From: Yuukianura sp. NJ FZ-2021
Taxonomy: Eukaryota
Assembly: GCA_046563655.1 (NCBI GenBank)
Contig: JAJCTO010000009.1
Coordinates: 992,001 to 1,056,000 of the forward strand
Direction: 5' to 3'
Length of the DNA: 64,000 nt
Made by a program: the position numbers and the translations under genes. This document shows, one piece after another, positions 60,401-64,000 of the stretch. Below the pieces are notes generated by a model. It saw only the letters and a list, made by a program, of their open reading frames with translations, was not told where the DNA came from and searched no databases. Every line of letters begins with the position of its first letter. The first letter of the stretch is position 1.

Positions 60401-63400
60401 GCATTCCAGAACGATGCTGGGTAAAAGTCAAAAATATTTTTGAAATCCTCATAAAAAGGGCTACAGGAACCCACTTTCACTTGCTGTTTCGTTTCTCATC
60501 TTGTTACCTGTATTTATGAAAATTCATGTTTCAGAAAAAAGAATTCAAAAGAAATGCATTCCAGAACGATGCTGGGTAAAAGTCAACAATATTTTTGAAA
60601 TCCTCATAAAAAGGGCTACAGGAACCCACTTTCACTTGCTGTTTCGTTTCTCATCTTGTTACCTGTATTTATGAAAATTCATGTTTCAGAAAAAAGAATT
60701 CAAAAGAAATGCATTCCAGAACGATGCTGGGTAAAAGTCAACTATATTTTTGAAATCCTCATGAAAAGGGCTACAGGAACCCACTTTCACTTGCTGTTTC
60801 GTTTCTCATCTTGTTACCTGTATTTATGAAAATTCATGTTTCAGAAAAAAGAATTCAAAAGAAATGCATTCCAGAACGATGCTGGGTAAAAGTCAACTAT
60901 ATTTTTGAAATCCTCATAAAAAGGGCTACAGGAACCCACTTTCACTTGCTGTGTTCTCCCTCATCTTGTGACTTTTTTTAATGAAAATTTGTTTCAAAAC
61001 AAATCATTCAAAAAACCTCCACGCGGAGCGATGCCGGGTGAAAAGGAGTTACTTTTCTGAAATCCTCCTGAAAAGTACTACAGGAACCCAAATTTAATTG
61101 GCGTGGATAGGTCGCAATTAAATCTGGTTAGAGCGTACTTAAAAGTCTGAATGAACCGCTCTGCCGCGGATTTTATTTTGGTTTGGAATACGGCACCCAG
61201 GGCAATGTCGAGCACCATTTTGACGCAAAACGACTTAAATTTGTGAGAATGAACATGCAAATGTGAGAATGAACAGAAAGTAAATTACATTTTTGAAATC
61301 CTCATAAAAAGAGCTACAGGAACCCACTTTCACTTGCTGTGTCGTTTCTCATCTTGTTACCTTTACTTATGAAAATTCATGTTTCAAAACAAAGAATTCA
61401 AAAGAAATGCATTCCAGAACGATGCTGGATAAAAGTCAACTATATTTTTGAAATCCTCATAAAAAGAGCTACAGGAACCCACTTTCACTTGCTGTGTCGT
61501 TTCTCATCTTGTTATCTTTACTTATGAAAATTCATGTTTCAAAACAAAGAATTCAAAAGAAATGCATTCCGGAACGATGCTGGGTAAAAGTCAACTATAT
61601 TTTTGAAATCCTCATGAAAAGGGCTACAGGAACCCACTTTCACTTGCTGTTTCGTTTCTCATCTTGTTACCTGTATTTATGAAAATTCATGTTTCAGAAA
61701 AAAGAATTCAAAAGAAATGCATTCCAGAACGATGCTGGGTAAAAGTCAACAATATTTTTGAAATCCTCATAAAAAGGGCTACAGGAACCCACTTTCACTT
61801 GCTGTGTTCTCCCTCATCTTGTGACTTTTTTTAATGAAAATTTGTTTCAAAACAAATCATTCAAAAAACCTCCACGCGGAGCGATGCCGGGTGAAAAGGA
61901 GTTACTTTTCTGAAATCCTCCTGAAAAGTACTACAGGAACCCAAATTTAATTGGCGTGGATAGGTCGCAATTAAATCTGGTTAGAGCGTACTTAAAAGTC
62001 TGAATGAACCGCTCTGCCGCGGATTTTATTTTGGTTTGGAATACGGCACCCAGGGCAATGTCGAGCACCATTTTGACGCAAAACGACTTAAATTTGTGAG
62101 AATGAACATGCAAATGTGAGAATGAACAGAAAGTAAATTACATTTTTGAAATCCTCATAAAAAGAGCTACAGGAACCCACTTTCACTTGCTGTGTCGTTT
62201 CTCATCTTGTTACCTTTATTTATGAAAATTCATGTTTCAAAACAAAGAATTCAAAAGAAATGCATTCCGGAACGATGCTGGGTAAAAGTCAACTATATTT
62301 TTGAAATCCTCATGAAAAGGGCTACAGGAACCCACTTTCACTTGCTGTTTCGTTTCTCATCTTGTTACCTGTATTTATGAAAATTCATGTTTCAGAAAAA
62401 AGAATTCAAAAGAAATGCATTCCAGAACGATGCTGGATAAAAGTCAACTATATTTTTGAAATCCTCATAAAAAGGGCTACAGGAACCCACTTTCACTTGC
62501 TGTGTCGTCCATCATCTTGTTACCTTTATTTATGAAAATTCATGTTTCAAAACAAAGAATCCAAAAGAAATGCATTCCGGAACGATGCTGGGTAAAAGTC
62601 AACTATATTTTTGAAATCCTCATGAAAAGGGCTACAGGAACCCACTTTCACTTGCTGTTTCGTTTCTCATCTTGTTACCTGTATTTATGAAAATTCATGT
62701 TTCAGAAAGAGAATTCAAAAGAAATGCATTCCAGAACGATGCTGGGTAAAAGTCAAAAATATTTTTGAAATCCTCATAAAAAGGGCTACAGGAACCCACT
62801 TTCACTTGCTGTTTCGTTTCTCATCTTGTTACCTGTATTTATGAAAATTCATGTTTCAGAACAAAGAATTCAAAAGAAATGCATTCCAGAACGATGCTGG
62901 GTAAAAGTCAACAATATTTTTGAAATCCTCATAAAAAGGGCTACAGGAACCCACTTTCACTTGCTGTTTCGTTTCTCATCTTGTTACCTGTATTTATGAA
63001 AATTCATGTTTCAGAAAAAAGAATTCAAAAGAAATGCATTCCAGAACGATGCTGGGTAAAAGTCAACTATATTTTTGAAATCCTCATGAAAAGGGCTACA
63101 GGAACCCACTTTCACTTGCTGTTTCGTTTCTCATCTTGTTACCTGTATTTATGAAAATTCATGTTTCAGAAAAAAGAATTCAAAAGAAATGCATTCCAGA
63201 ACGATGCTGGATAAAAGTCAACTATATTTTTGAAATCCTCATAAAAAGGGCTACAGGAACCCACTTTCACTTGCTGTGTTCTCCCTCATCTTGTGACTTT
63301 TTTTAATGAAAATTTGTTTCAAAACAAATCATTCAAAAAACCTCCACGCGGAGCGATGCCGGGTGAAAAGGAGTTACTTTTCTGAAATCCTCCTGAAAAG

Positions 63401-64000
63401 TACTACAGGAACCCAAATTTAATTGGCGTGGATAGGTCGCAATTAAATCTGGTTAGAGCGTACTTAAAAGTCTGAATGAACCGCTCTGCCGCGGATTTTA
63501 TTTTGGTTTGGAATACGGCACCCAGGGCAATGTCGAGCACCATTTTGACGCAAAACGACTTAAATTTGTGAGAATGAACATGCAAATGTGAGAATGAACA
63601 GAAAGTAAATTACATTTTTGAAATCCTCATAAAAAGAGCTACAGGAACCCACTTTCACTTGCTGTGTCGTTTCTCATCTTGTTACCTTTACTTATGAAAA
63701 TTCATGTTTCAAAACAAAGAATTCAAAAGAAATGCATTCCGGAACGATGCTGGGTAAAAGTCAACTATATTTTTGAAATCCTCATGAAAAGGGCTACAGG
63801 AACCCACTTTCACTTGCTGTTTCGTTTCTCATCTTGTTACCTGTATTTATGAAAATTCATGTTTCAGAAAAAAGAATTCAAAAGAAATGCATTCCAGAAC
63901 GATGCTGGATAAAAGTCAACTATATTTTTGAAATCCTCATAAAAAGGGCTACAGGAACCCACTTTCACTTGCTGTGTCGTCCCTCATCTCGTGACTTTTT
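45442..64000 (+). repeat. Satellite array with 388 + n x 155 bp higher-order units
   Basis: Marker spacings of 388, 543, 698, 853, 1008, 1163, 1318 and 1473 bp; recurring GCTACAGGAACCCACTTTCACTTGCTG. Confidence 0.98.

Noticed and set aside
45731..63852. Dozens of 60-62 aa ORFs (MHVHSHK..., MSFLILL...)
   Set aside because: Translations of satellite units with non-ATG starts; no coding evidence.
45442..64000. CRISPR array or CENP-B box
   Set aside because: No unique spacers and no cas genes; no convincing TTCGNNNNANNCGGG match was seen.

Overview
Eukaryotic repeat-rich DNA, probably invertebrate given the short GT-AG introns and element families. It is built as nested mobile elements inside a satellite array. 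Order reconstructed from target-site duplications (TSDs): (1) a satellite with 155-bp and 388-bp units (15477-18022, 45442-64000); (2) a BEL/Pao LTR retrotransposon inserted into it (341-bp LTRs, TSD CTTGG); (3) a Polinton/Maverick inserted into the BEL integrase (AGTAGT...ACTACT ends, TSD TACGTG), carrying pPolB, packaging ATPase, integrase, minor and major capsid, adenain protease and intron-containing accessory genes (F-box/LRR, RING-H2); (4) inside the Polinton, a tRNA-derived SINE in pPolB and a separate 5.9-kb element (25477-31384) in the last codons of the ATPase. That element has ~1.57-kb TIRs, AG...CT ends and a TATATA TSD, and encodes only a basic protein and its own divergent major capsid protein; it is the best candidate for a novel system (a capsid-only Polinton satellite). 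Positions 1-~16150 are an inverted arm (Polinton left half + BEL 5' half + satellite); the right arm lacks the BEL 5' half and the first 35 bp of the TIR. The Polinton also carries a Pol III-type hairpin (internal A box, T5, downstream B box). Family assignments come from recognised motifs, not database searches, and many frameshifts lie in homopolymers and may be sequencing errors.
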